Origin: Perkinsus olseni
Lineage: Eukaryota
Direction: 5' to 3'
DNA length: 59,162 nt
NCBI GenBank assembly: GCA_013115125.1
Contig: JABANN010000026.1
Location: 62,001 to 121,162, forward strand
Shown: positions 11,992 to 26,975 of the stretch, one piece after another
Layout: each line of letters begins with the position of its first letter
Numbering within the stretch: the first letter of the stretch is position 1
The notes under the pieces: model-generated
What the model was told of the DNA's origin: nothing
Seen by the model: the letters and a program-made list of their open reading frames with translations, nothing else
Databases searched by the model: none
Translations under genes and position numbers: made by a program

Positions 11992-13062
11992 TCACATGCG
12001 TTCCTCGTCACTCTCATCGAAGTATTCCTCCTCCTCGTCAGTGTCAGACTGGTTCTGGGCCCACCGACTGTTGCCCTGTCTCCGCTGGGTCCTCTCAAAC
12101 CTGCTAATGGTCGTCACACAAAGTGCTTCACAAGGAATCATTTCCCACTCACGAACCGTTGGTAAATGATAATATATCCGATTGTGATTGTGTACGGATA
12201 CCTGTCCCCTAGCGCTATCAGCATTTGTTCCTTCTGTTTTCATTAAGATTAGGCTTCTATTGGTACCACTCATGCCGAATTCGAGTATTAACACCGATAC
12301 TTCGCGAAGTTGGACGGGGCTAGCCTTCCCTCGGACAGGCTCGTCAAACTTCATCTTACGGAAGCAAAGGGAGACCGAACGTCTTACTTGCTCCACGCCT
12401 TTTCAAACTCTCGCTCATCAAAGGCAAAGTCCTCCCCCTTGGGCCGGCCAGATGACCACCACCACGTAGCTCCTCCGAAACCGCCGGAGCCGAAACCACC
12501 ACCACTGTTAGGATAGGAGTACGAGGATGAAGATGACGATGCCGACCTGACGCGACATGAATCAGCACTGGCGCAGGAAAATTGTAGCCCATCCTTGAGA
12601 AGCGCGAGACTTCAACAACCTCAGTGAGAGAAAAGCTTGACCGAATGGACCATCTCAAACAATCGGCAATCCCGAGTCTGTCTCCCGTGAACATCTCCGA
12701 ACCCACGATGTGCCATTAGTAGATTTTGGACCACCGCCGTCCTTCTTCTCTTTGTTTATTCGCTCATACGCCTGCTGGACCTGAGCTCGGCCATCATCTC
12801 AACCTCTTCACAACAACAGACCGGCTACCCTCACGAACTTGTCATGATCCCCACCAGCGTCCGGATGGTGCTGCTTCACCGCCTTCAAATACGCTTCTCT
12901 GACCTCCTTGTCGGAGGAGTGGCGATGGACTCCCAACTCGGCGTAGCTGTCGAATCTAGGAGCAGCACTGAAGTGCCGTCGGATAGCGGCGGAGTTCCGC
13001 AGGTGAGAGGAGGAGGACGTGCACTGTCGGCCTAGTGCAGCACAACCATAAACAGGTAACAT
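11992..13062 (-). CDS. DnaJ-domain protein with probable mitochondrial presequence (3' end uncertain)
   Basis: YAELGV...EVREAYLKAVKQHHPDAGGDHDKFVR|VQQAYE is a J-domain with HPD. The N-terminus is Arg/Ser-rich. Confidence 0.75.
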
Positions 13063-13679
13063 CCAAAAAAATTCGAAACACACTGACGCTTTATAATCTA
13101 CAGACTGCGCTGAGTGATTGTTTTAACAGGCAAGGCTGCGACCAGACAAAGCGACATAGCAGCCGCGGTTCCACCGGAATAAGAGCAATCCTTCAACCCG
13201 TGGTACGCGGGAGAATTTTACCATCACACAACCCGGATACTTGCGCTCTCCGATTGATTTCCCATTCTAGACTATGATACCCTTCAGGTAAGCTATGGCG
13301 AGAGTGTTGTCAGAGGTGTATTCATTTGAGTCTACTTCTCTCGTCGCTCATGGCGCCATGGCTAGCTCAACCAGTAACACAGCTGACACACGTTAGTCGA
13401 CCCTATTGGCAACAACTCGACCCCAGTACCGGAAAGAGAGCGTTTGGAACGCCAGACTCCAGGGTATCATCCTGTGACCCTCATGTGAGTGCTGCTACAA
13501 CTACAAGAGATTACGGTCTAATTTCCTCAACAACCACTTCACAAAATTCGGACAGCGTCGCTTGGTCTTGACAAAACGTCCGGGACTTGATATACGGTGA
13601 CTCCATAGGGAGCTTCGTTGTGGAGCCGCTTGAGGCAGTCCAAAAATTAATCAGCAAAAACTGATGTCAATCCACAAGC

Positions 13680-14815
13680 TCATACGAATGACCACGGCCT
13701 CGCAGCGGCTGGTCGTCGCACTCCGACACTGTGCCGACACAACGGACACGACCCGTCTTTCTTCAGCCAGGCCGCGATGCAGTCGTGATGATACATGTGA
13801 CCGCACCTCAGCCTGGCAACCCAGGCCTTCGGGAACTCATCGCTCATCGTAGCGTAACCCTCAAGGCAGATAGCACACTCGAGGTCTGTGCTACTCTGAA
13901 CAGGGGGTGGCGGGTGAGTGAAGAATTCCGAAATGTACATAAGAAATGATGATGACATGACAGGAGAATGGGGATGAAGCAAAGCACTGAGGCGTGCGTA
14001 CTCACTTCTGGCGAGGTATGTGACCGCAGATGCTCCATCATGTCCGGTAGCACTTTGCTGACTGAGCTGATGGAGCCCTGAAGTGAGGACCATACGGTCA
14101 TACCGGCGATCATACCCATGCGGCAGCCTAGCTTAGTCATGCTAGTAGTTCTTGTCCTAGGATGCACTACTCGTGTCGATCCACTGACACTGGCCATAAG
14201 CCGTCAATATTCTCTTCATACACAACAACCCCATCAGCCCTCCACTCGAATTCACAGTCCAGCTTCCACAGCATTCTTCTACGAACACAACCACGAACCC
14301 GAGCCGATGAGAGTTCTGCTTGGCTGGGCCGTTACGGAGAATGGAGCGCTGCACAGATCCCTGTCGAGTCGGCGAACACTGTACGCGCGTAAGTAGCGAC
14401 CAATAGCGACCCTCCAACTCACCATAACTTCCACCCCGCTAGTCTGTGTAGAATCAGTACCAGTCGGCGACAACCCAGCCTGAAGCACATAACCATCAAT
14501 GGATCCCTCGAATAATATCTTTATATTAGCGACGACGAAGGGTCGGAGTTGCTGCTTGCGAAAATGAGGTCCCAGGTTCGATCCCCGCAAGCGCTGTGGA
14601 ATGCCATTCCCGCTCCTCCGGCCGCCCACCTCCAAGTCTGTGATGACGGGGTTCACCTCCGCGTAGCGTCTCGCTGAGGGAGCTGCAGGACTGCCTGCAT
14701 GTGTCACTTCTCCTGAAAGGAAGGCTAGGTGCTCAACTTGCGATGATGGTGATGTAATGACATACGTCAGAATGACCAGCGCGTTCAATGCACCGAGGCG
14801 AGACGCTATGCACAA
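13680..14815 (-). CDS. RING-H2 E3 ubiquitin ligase, spliced (ends approximate)
   Basis: CAICLEGY...LRCGHMYHHDCIAAWLKKDGSCPLCR is a C3H2C3 RING. Hydrophobic upstream exons. Confidence 0.75.
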
Positions 14816-15317
14816 ACAGTCCGGAGGCGGTAACCGAAGCGAGATGGCGCTTCGTCACAGCGCTGTCATGATCTCACCCATTCTGAGGTTGAGTGCCGGC
14901 ACCCGCCGGCCGCTCCCTCCACGTGCCTTTCGGCCCTTGAAAAAGATAACGGCTGCAAGGATTACCCCAACAGGGATCAATAATACTAAGTATATCGCTG
15001 GAGAAATCATTAAAGGGTATACCTAATCGAGTACCGCATTTTAGCCTAAAGTTTTTAGGGAACTCCCGTCGGTTGATAAAGTTGTGGCAGAATATCACCC
15101 ACCAATGCTGATCAGGCTTCCTCTCCCGCATTTCGGTATCGGGAATTATAGATCATTTTTCAATGCTTCTGCGGTTGAAAATTCCGATGGACGAATCTTC
15201 ACGCTGGACCAAACCCTGGGGATTCTCAGTCCTCACAAGTACCCTCCATCCTCATTAATCAACAACAAAAACTGCCTTCTTTCTTTACGTGAAAACGTAC
15301 ACTGCGGAAAGTACCAG

Positions 15318-18309
15318 TCACCACTTCCACTTGTCGATAGGCGGGAAGGCGTTCTGCTTAGAAAACACGAACTTCTTGTGTTCGTAGGAGAGGTAACCCT
15401 GAACACCACAGCGAGCGTAAAAACAGAGGACACAGACTGCCCAGGAGGGCTACACGTCCGCGGCTGGGTCTCAAAACGACAGGAGGAATTCCACTTAGTC
15501 AGCGTGCAGCTCCTATATTAGGTAGATGATTAGGCCGCCTTATTAAGAGAAATAGTGAACGTTATAGTGAGTATAAGCCTGAGCTGCCCTGCTCTTCAAC
15601 TGCCCGCCGCAAAAGTAACAATATCAAAAAAGCGAGAAACTAAATTCACCCAAGGAATTTGCGAGAATTTCCTTGCGTGAAAACACCACTGTTGACGTAG
15701 TTGTCCTTACAGACTCGTCGGGAGACCACGAAGGACTATCATTCTCGACACTCACTACAAGCTAGCGCCCTCACCTTGATCGCCTGTATGTAGATCAAGC
15801 CGGCCAAAGCACATTGAACCTCATCCGCGTCGGGTCGATGCAGTTGGTGCTCCTCACTTTCTACGCTCATTGGTGAGCTGCTGGCTACACTTTGCGAGTC
15901 AGCAACCTCTGAGGGCTTGGTGGACGCTACTTGCCATGCTAAAAGCATCATGCATGATGAAGGACGGTGAGAGAAGACTGCGAAAAGTGTAAAACGTTCA
16001 AAAAATAATAAGATTGGAATATCATATTTTTGGGCAAGGTTAAAGCGAGGCACGCGCGATTGCTACCGGAGGGGACAAATGTGGACGAGACTCGAGTGCC
16101 TCAATTATTTTATAAAGTGAGATATCACACCGTAAATTCCGTCTCCTACAGGGCGCCCCACTATAAAGAACGAGATTCGGATACATCGCTATCTGAGATT
16201 CCAGTGAGGTTGCATAGGGGACTCAGCTGGAACGGGCGGCGTGGCAGTATAATTTCGCCCTTTACAGTCGAATAACCTCCATTATTGAGCGCAGTAGTTA
16301 AACCATCATCGTAATGGTGAGCCTACCGATCTCGAAGTAGTCCAGATCCATCTTATACGCGCAGGATGCAGGATCGACCATGGAGTAAACGCGCTTGGCA
16401 AGGTTCCGGTATAATACCAACTGACAACAAGAATTGAGGGGTACTCTAGGAGGTGGCGTTCCCTACCAGCAGCTTCTCCATCACCATATACGTCCCAGCT
16501 TTAACATAGTCATCAGTGTTGTGCTCTAGGCAAATCTGGTACCTGATGCAGTAGACACCTGGAGGTCCCGGGTTCGATCCCCACAGGAAACATTATTACT
16601 CTCTAATATTCCCAACCCGCACAGCATGTAGTATCCGCTCATACTCCTCCTCCAGGCCATACTCATGCAGCATACTCTTGCTCGGCAAAAAACCGCGCGC
16701 CAGTAAATTACACGGTATCAAATACTGCGCTATCCTCCGTCTATTGCTCTTGTGTTCTTCACAACAATTATTCAACGCCCAATTCAGTCGCTCAGTCGCC
16801 TCGCCGAACCTCTGCTCGGTGACAAGATACTTCCCCCAATGAAAGTACAACGTGACAGCCACTGACTTCGGCAGAGCTTCCGGCGTGAAGTAGGCCTTGT
16901 ACTGCTGCTCTATAGACGCTAGGATCGGCCCACACAGCGCCACCTGGTCGAGCCTCTGGAACAGTCGTAGCAGTTCGCTCGACAACCAGCACGCCCCCGT
17001 CATCTTTCTCCTGCGTTCCTTTAGAAGTTTCGGGAAGAGTTCACGCGCGACTTCCACCAGCTTCATACACCACCGATTCTGGTCACTAGCATTGTCCATG
17101 CTGATGGCAAGATGGCGCGTTTGAGAGGTCACTTCGATGAAGGGTGGGACGAACCAAGCGAAGGAGTCCCCCGAGGTGAAGTACACGTCTTGGAGGTCTT
17201 CCGATGACTGAGGGGACGGAGACGGGAGGGAAGATTTGTGATATCTTCGTCCAATCCGCGCGAGACTCTTCACCACGAGCGAGGACACTAATTCAGTGAC
17301 ACGAGAAATATAGATTTCATGCTCACCGGCAGAGAAACCACCGATTGAGAAGATCCATTCTGACTTTGACTAGGAGCATCATCCGACTTTTCAGATGAAT
17401 TCGCCGTTCTAGTAGTTCAGATAATCATCCAGAACGAACGGTGACAATTCAAAGATTGCGGCGAGAGCTGGGTCCGATTTTTGGTCGGCAATACACGTGA
17501 ACAGTTCCGGCTAGAACGGAGTCTAGAGGGTGTGAAAAGGAATGCAGGGTCTTCCCCGAAAACAGCTACCATTCTGGTATTACCTCTTCCACACTCGACA
17601 GCAGCTCGCTGTTCACATAGAGCTCGGTGTAGGCTCTTACAGCGCTCACCAGATGCTCCAAGGCAAGTGCCTATGACACGTCCTGGGTACCGAAGAGACT
17701 CAGTCAAGCACTCACCCAGTCATGATTCCGTCGGGCCTTGAGATGCAGGGTGTAAGGCTGCAAGAACTTCCCCCACATGCCCATTTGTGCGCCTTGTCTC
17801 ACTAACAGTCCGCTCACTGCACGCTGAATGCCAGAGTCAGCACGATTGAGGCAGCCGCCTGAACGTACACAGGAGAGTTGTGCAAGTTGTGGTACTGTTG
17901 CGGGATATGTGCCAAGGTCTCTTTATGAAAGGCGAGCGAGTGTTGATCAATGAGGTGACCTGTGGTTGCACTCGATCACCATTTTCATACCCTTGTGTGC
18001 CCGTTCTACTGTATCTCCGGTATAATTCCGATCTAATTCATATACAGAGCACTCCAAGGATTCAAACTGTCGCCTATATCATAGGCAGAGATTCGTCCAC
18101 AGACTCAATGCCTCACCACCGCGAGTTCCGCAAAACACAACCCGAGATCTCAGGAGCCCGTCACTCCTATTACCGAGCCGTGATTTCGCCTGAGCCAAAT
18201 GGCGTCTGATGCCTCCTCCGTCCTCCTGCTGTACTAACTGGACGAACTCCATACACCAATCAGTGAGGTCATCTTCACTAGATGATACCCCCTGCTTAGA
18301 TGGGGACAT
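15318..18309 (-). CDS. PCID2: PCI-domain protein PCID2/Thp1/CSN12-like
   Basis: VTLYFHWGKY...EATERLNWAL...NRRRIAQYLIPCNLL.RGFLPS, then DEVQCALAGLIYIQAIK|GYLSYEHKKFVFSKQNAFP, matching the family C-terminus. Confidence 0.8.
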
Positions 18310-18546
18310 GGTTCAGTATAAATACTGCATGCGCTACGACCCCCGAAGCCAATCGCCGCGCCAATTACCGCCTGGGCGTAATTTCCATGCCTGAATGGGC
18401 GAGATGAGAAGATTGAGACCCCCAAATGCCCCGGCCACTAACGCCCCCGGTTGAATAGAACTGTTGATAACACAAAAAAAGTGGCGAACCATTATCATCA
18501 AGCAGTAACGAAACCTCTGCTGCCATCACAGCCACAATAGTAGAGT

Positions 18547-21187
18547 TTACTTGAACAGCTGCTTGAGACTCATATTCTTATCCGCATCCTTGTGCATGAC
18601 CTGTGGCAGGACGCGGTGATAAGCTAAGATGACGATGAACTCCATCCAGGGCCCACCTTAGCAACTGCCATTTCGAAATCTTCTTGTGTGACATGCTGTC
18701 TCCTCTCTCTCAAGGCGAACATACCGGCCTCTGTGCACACAGCCTGAAATATCGTCTCCGAGTGAGCACTGTGATTGACACATCGCAACAGAAGGAGCAT
18801 TCTATTGCTAACCATAAACAGCGGTTCACGGCATGATGGCAATTCCGACTACGATCTCATCACGCATCTATTATGCAGGAAAGTGCCAAGCTCGTGAAAT
18901 TGAACTGAGCATCACGGATGTGCCTCCTTCCATATATGTACGACTAAGATCGCCAGCGTAAAGAACGATCCAGGGGCAGAACCAGTTCAAGGCAAAGTCA
19001 ACTCCAACATCACTGCTCATGAACCTCACCTTAGACTCGGCTCCCGAGGCTCCATTCATCTGGGCAGCGATCTTGCGGAGGTTGATGCCTCGCATTAGGT
19101 TCATTTTCCTCGAGTGAATCTTCAGAATCTCCACACGAGCGTCCTGTGGAAAACGGAAGTCTATTTAGTAGAGGCCGGTGTCGTAAAATACCTCATTTGG
19201 GTTGGGGAACTCGATCTTCCTATCAATCCTGCCGGGTCGAAGGAGGGCGTCATCCAGAATATCGATTCGGTTGGTACACATGATAACCTGCAGTATTAAT
19301 TGTGAAGATAATCTTCAGATTGCGCAAAAAGGTTAGAGGAAATCAATTCGGCTATATTCTAACAACAAGAGAGCGTCGAAACCTCATAGCACGACTGAGT
19401 TAGTAAGTGAAGAGTGAGGTTGGAGCCGAATGAATACGGTCTTAGCTTGCCTAGGTATTCCACTGCGGGAATTTCAAATCTCACCTTGATATCAGTAGAT
19501 GCTTCGAAGCCATCCAGCTGGTTCAGAAGTTCGAGCATTGTACGCTGGACCTGTAGAAGGATAGTTCTGGCGATGGCCGGTTACGCAGCGGGCCGACTCC
19601 TACCTCAGAGTCGCCGCCACTCTCACCCTCCACACGCTGGCCACCAATGGAATCGATCTCATCCATGAAGATGATGGATGGTGCATGCTCTCGAGCCATG
19701 ACGAAGAGCTCGCGAACCTTAAAAAACAGGGCTGAGCCGAGAATCGAACCCGAGACCTCGCGCACCCGAAGCGCGAATCATACCACTAGACCACACAGCC
19801 GATGTTCAACAAGAATATCAGATCGCCTCACCATACAAAGAGTGGCTTTCCTCCCAGATGCCTTACCATTCGCGATCCTTCGCCAATATACTTCTGGACC
19901 AGCTCACTCCCCGAAACTCTGAACACGTAAATTCTACCGAGGCCAGCAGCTTCCAGTGGCTCCTACCTGATGAAGGTGCAGTCCGTATGATGAGCCACAG
20001 CCCGAGCCAATAAAGTCTTTCCAGTTCCCGGTGGGCCATACCTACAGAATACAGTTTGACCGAGCAAGCGCTGCAGCGGAGACCTACAGTAGGACGCCCT
20101 TAGGCTGAGCGATACCCAAACTCTCGAAGATTTCAGGATGCTTGATCGGTAGCTCGATGACCTCCTTAACCTCCTTAATCTGCAGATATACGGCAAATGC
20201 GAGCGTTCTCGGCTGCGCTGGAACATCCTCACCTGCTTGTCCAGACCGCCTACCATCTCGTAGGTACTATCAGGGACCTTCTCAACCTTCATCAGGGAAA
20301 CCAGAGGATCCACCTTGGAGGGGAGCAACTTGTGCAGCGTGTATCTGATCGAAAGTAACGGTGATTCCATCAGTCGCTGACAGCGACTCGCTGTCAATGA
20401 CACTGAGAGTCATTCATCTGCTCTCAGAAACCTATTCAGAAGTCCTAACTATCTGCCGAGAACGAAATTTGGGCATACTCTGATGCACTCTAACTCTGAG
20501 AGATCAGCAAAAACATGAGGGGAAGAAGAAGGAACAGAACCATCACAAAATCGGCGAGTGGAGCAAGAGCGAGACGATACAGAAGGAAACGCATTGACTC
20601 ACGTGTCGCTCCGCAAAGCAACTCTCGTCGTGGGCGTGCACTTAGTGATATCAATGCTCTTATCGACGTCCACCACGTACTTGCCTTCACTACCGCTCTG
20701 ATAAACGAGAGGCATTTTCAACCAGACCATCACTAGTCCGAGGCTCCTACCTTCACCAGAACACGGTTCTTCCCCATTGGCTTCACTACTTCGCCCACCG
20801 AGCTGCAAGGCTCCAGCAACAACTACAAAAAACAATCCTCCCACTCAACATCGCCGTTAATTGAATCCACCAGAAGGCCCTTCCTCTTATGATCTCACCT
20901 GAAGCTCCTCCCTCAGCTGCCGTACGCTGGTGTTCAATTCGTTCCTTTGGGCCTCAAGACGATTCACGTTCTGACGAACCCCAGTCAAGAAAGTCCGACG
21001 AGAAATTCCGACTCACCTGTTGTTTCTCACGTATAATTGCTTCCAGTGCCTCAACTTTGCTACCCATATAGCTCTTCACTCTCGATGATGAACCTGAGAA
21101 GACAGACGATCCAGCATGGAGAAGACAATGAGAGACTCCACCTTCTGTATCGTTCATTTTGATATCATCCACGGTCGCCGAGGCCAT
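18547..21187 (-). CDS. PSMC5: 26S proteasome AAA-ATPase subunit Rpt6, multi-exon
   Basis: [83 protein letters not shown], and NMSLKQLFK*. Confidence 0.95.
19729..19800 (-). tRNA. tRNA-Pro (anticodon CGG) inside an Rpt6 intron
   Basis: Minus strand reads GGCTGTGTGGTCTAGTGGTATGATTCGCGCTTCGGGTGCGCGAGGTCTCGGGTTCGATTCTCGGCTCAGCCC: a full cloverleaf with one T-T mismatch in the acceptor stem, followed by a T6 terminator. Confidence 0.88.
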
Positions 21188-21599
21188 AGTTGAGAAAATT
21201 AACACGGTATCTTGACACACTTGATACCAACTTTTCCACGAATCCCCAAAACGCAGCACTCATTATACTCCCTAAGTAACAGCATGCAGGGGCAGGAAAA
21301 AACCAATTACAAAAATGTTCCACCATGGTGACAAGAATATACGAAAGAAGACGGCAGCTAGGGTCCTTAGCATAGACACTGTCTATCATAATACGAGGTG
21401 GGATCATCGCCATCCTCTGTCTGAGCTGCTTGCGAGGGCCCCGAGAGAACTCTGGTTGAACCTGACCCAGTTGGAAACGTGGGACCCAAATGAAAATTCT
21501 AGATCCTCCCACGAGCCTAGTGGGAAGGCATACACTCATCAAACAGTTCAACAATGGAAGGCCTATGACCTGGAATTCGCCCGAGACAGAACCCCGCTT

Positions 21600-22988
<1,389 letters not shown>

Positions 22989-23490
22989 GAACAACAACAA
23001 TAGTGCTGGGTCGCCTCAATAATGCTAGACAACCCGGCCAAACGCTACTCCAGCACTATCGGAGCTAGGTGTAGCAACTGCTGATCGATTTCAAACAATG
23101 CCACACAGGTGACCGGCATACCGATACTGTGTGGAGGATGAGCACTGGAGGTAGCGGATAACAGGCCTCCGTGAAACCACCGTCCACGGCAAGTCTAGCT
23201 ATAAAACATCGACCGTATGAACACCTCATCCCAAAAAGCGATTCTGAACTTCATAGGCACAATGCCGCTCCAGAATCGGTTTACTGAACTCCTCTTGTCC
23301 TCTTCCGAAGTAAGACGAAAATCGACGATAGCAGGGCCCTTCTCTCAACACAACATCACTGCGATCGCCATCAGCGTCGTCGTCGTGGTCGTAATGATAG
23401 GTGTAAACGTACATCCCCCTCGGTGGTACTACCAACACTTGAGGGAGCTAAGAAACTAGGTATCGTATAAGAAGGCGAGCAGAGAAAGCC

Positions 23491-26400
23491 TCAGTCGTCC
23501 AAGCTGACCACGTTCTCGTCGTTATCGGCGGCCGCAGCAGGGCTGGCATCTCCATCAGGGCTCGCCGCAGGATTAGACACACCTGACCATCGACCATGAC
23601 CTACAACGAATTTGCAAGTAGAAAGAATCGAGTAGAAGGGCTCACCATCAGTGGAAGGAGCGGTATCCGGCGGGGGCGGGACCTCGCTAGGGGGCTTGTC
23701 TTCTTCACTTTCACTCTCTTCACCCTCCAACTGAACAGCGACCGAACATTACTAAATCAACGGTCGCTTCCCGAAAAGGAAAACCACTGCGACTTCATGT
23801 CTTCGTTCAGAACTCCGAAACGGGAATCCACAGACTTACGTCTTCATCAGGTAGGACCTCCCACCGGCCCTCCTCATCCAGCCTCATTCGTTTATTGAAG
23901 GACTCTTCGTCGTCCGAAGCGGCTACATACCGAGCTCATGCTTCACCGACAACCCGGCATTCTATTACCAGTGTCCGCAGTCGCTCGGGCGTTCTTCAGA
24001 GCCTCCAAGGCGAACTTGTCCAGTACCAACTTATTCGGTCGACAAGGCTTAGCACAGATCGGGCAATGCCACCTACCATACCAAAATTCCACCTATTCGC
24101 GACAGCACGAAGGCTCACCGTTTGTCCACGTTAGCGGTGAGCTTATTGATGTCTATATACGCCTTGGCGTCGAACGTTTGAAGATGCTCACAATCACAAC
24201 CTGAACAGCCAAAACAAATAAGAGAGGGAACCGGGCATGAATAGAGTCACCTCTGGCAGGGAGCTCTATCTCGCATAAGGATATGGGACACTTGGTCTGT
24301 AGAATGTCGTGGACAGCGCGGGTGTCGATCTGAGAGAGGAAACTAGAAGCCCCGAAGAGCCCGATTACCCTGCAACTACCTGGAGGTCGTCATCCTGTAA
24401 TTCTCGAGCCCGTTTCCGGCCGAGCCTGAGACCAGGAGACGATGCTACTGCTTGATCTCAAGATTCCACCCATAATGACATTCCACTCGGCACCGATACC
24501 AACCAAAGAGCTCCGACATACGAGATCTCTTGACCGAATAGCAATTGGAGACACCGACACAAACAACCGAGTCGCAATGGTGATGGTTTCCACCCAGGCG
24601 ACCGCCACAGCGCGTTTCCGACTAAACATGATGCCCCTTTCACTAAGTACATTTTAGTCTAGCCCCAGAAAAATGAACTTCGTGTGAAAGACGATTCTGG
24701 GAGCGCTCTCGAAACTCGGGAGAAGCCGTCGATCGAGCACCCGAAGCGTTTCTCAACTACCGATACGACCGACGATCGTGCTACCAACAGCCCGGCACTC
24801 GGCACACAAGCAGACCACCCAGACTGTACTACGTCACAATATCCAAATCCTGCCTTCTGCACTTCTCCAGTGACGGTTGAACGACGCTTGCCAGCAGCTC
24901 TTCAGGTGTGACTTGTTTCGTCACCACAACACCGAAAAAGAACCTGCCATAACAACCCAGTAAAACCATCCGTTACCGATCCGAGAGCATACAGCATCGT
25001 GGCCCGCGATAACAAGCGCTATTCTACCAAGGGCTTACCTAGGGGGCTGTGCGGCAGCTGACTGAGCGGGCTGATTCGGATCGTATCCAGTCTTATAGGT
25101 TATATGCACAACATTGTTGTTGGGGCGGAGGACATCGTCAATGTACTTGCCTGAAAATGAGATCACCTCCATCTCAAACATGCAGGCTTAGAAGAAGGAT
25201 CAAAGTAGTCCAACTCACCACGAGTTACTCATCGCAATGGCAGCCAATGACCGACACACCCATAGAATGATGGTAGCTAATGATTCCATCTCACAAGGCG
25301 ATAGAACGATAACGTTGTTGACGTGTGACATCGCTCGCCCGATATCACACAGAATCGTAACGGCAAGATACCCTCCCATTTTGCCGTTACGATTCTATGG
25401 CGCCATTGCACTTACTAGTGACTTCCCGTCGAACATGGCCGTATTTGCCGGGGGAAATCCGGAAAACATCCCGGTAATTGTTGACGCTCGCCCGCAGCTC
25501 CAACGGCCACAGTGGACCACTGGTGATGTGGCTTCTCTTGTGCGCAACAGCCACACACCGAACAGCTACATTGTACTTCCTACCAACGGCTGATTGGCAC
25601 CCGAAGGAACATCTCCCTGCAGTACTTCGCCTGCCACTCTCGTATTTGATTGCTGGTGACATTAAGCCGCATGCTCAAAGTGGATTCCACTGCGCTGGGA
25701 GCTGTCATGTTCCTTGCCGACGCCACAAACCCGAGCAGCTAAAGCGAAACAAGTAGAATGAAAACGACCAGACCACTTCACGCCAATGAAACGAATCTCT
25801 CCACCGTCAGTAACTCCAGAGCTAGCGACACAACAGCTCCTCCTAGCTGCCCCGACCCCTTAGTACATCCAAGCCCGCTTCGAACGGATCCATATTTAAC
25901 ATCCGGCAGAAGGGACAGACGAAGTCCGTAGCTTCAGCATCGGCCCTCACGCATCTGACGAAACACCGCATAGATCACACGGTTCGAGAAAGACTGACCC
26001 CACTCCCTACTTGCAATGGCTCTTGCGACAGCAGGACGAACAGGTGACAAACTCCGAGTCCCCAACACCAGCACCGCCAAAACAAATGCACTTCACCTGA
26101 CAACAGACCGGCCATACAGTCGGTAATACGAACTTTCTGTTTCTCTACAGATCTCCCGAGCCCTCCCTCCTTCCTGTGTACTACCTGAGCGGTGTTCCCG
26201 ACTCCGAAGGCTGCTCCTAGCCGCCCAGCCCCCGCACCAGTCGAAGCATTCATTTGCTGCTGTGCTAATGTGAGGCGACGCTGTCGACCCGGTGTGGAGC
26301 TAGAGGGTCCTCCACCTGAACGAGAATTACTCGAAACTGAATCCCTTCAAGAGCACTCCCTGTGCTCACCTGTGCCGCTGCCACCTGTACCATGAAGGCC

Positions 26401-26975
26401 ATCCACAGCAGATCCTGATCCAGGACCCTCGAGTTGGGATCGGAGTTTCTGAGATTGATCTTGCTGCTGCTGATACCTAAAGGAAAATAGGTCGCCACAC
26501 GACTATCAATTTCAACCTTTTCTGTATCAAACAAGCTTCAAGCAAGATACTACCTAATTTTGGCAGTAGCCATATCCTGCTTATACTGTCCACCGATGGC
26601 GAATGGTGCCACCCACTTCACCCCTCTACCATGAGGATATTCAACCTGATGATGACGACGAGCGAGGGATGAGTCCAACCATCTAATGCACAACCAACAA
26701 ACACTATAGAGCACTTATATTTATAAGCTTATATAATAAAGAACTACCAATGAATCTGTTCTCGGCCGTACTCTCTGTGTTGAGCCGCAGCAGCCGCAGA
26801 TCATTGTATTAACATTCAAGGTACCAACGGAACTTCCTTAGGAGAGGTAGAATGCTGTGGCACACGTCGGGCCGAAAGGCAACTAGCGATGGACCTCCTC
26901 CGAGCCCGGTATCACCTGATATCTCTCTTTTCCATTCTCAATCTTATAGTCCAATATCCGAATCGTCGAGGACAT
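23491..26975 (-). CDS. SIZ/PIAS-type SUMO E3 ligase (PHD + SP-RING + C-terminal SIM-like motif)
   Basis: PHD exons KCICFG...VTCSSCCRKSHCK and FVCPFCRMLNMDPF. SP-RING exons KCPISLCEIELPARG, CEHLQTFDA and WHCPIC. Acidic tail ending VVSLDD*. Confidence 0.8.

Noticed and set aside
15084-15521. 145-aa plus-strand ORF
   Set aside because: It is antisense to the last PCID2 exon and 3' UTR.
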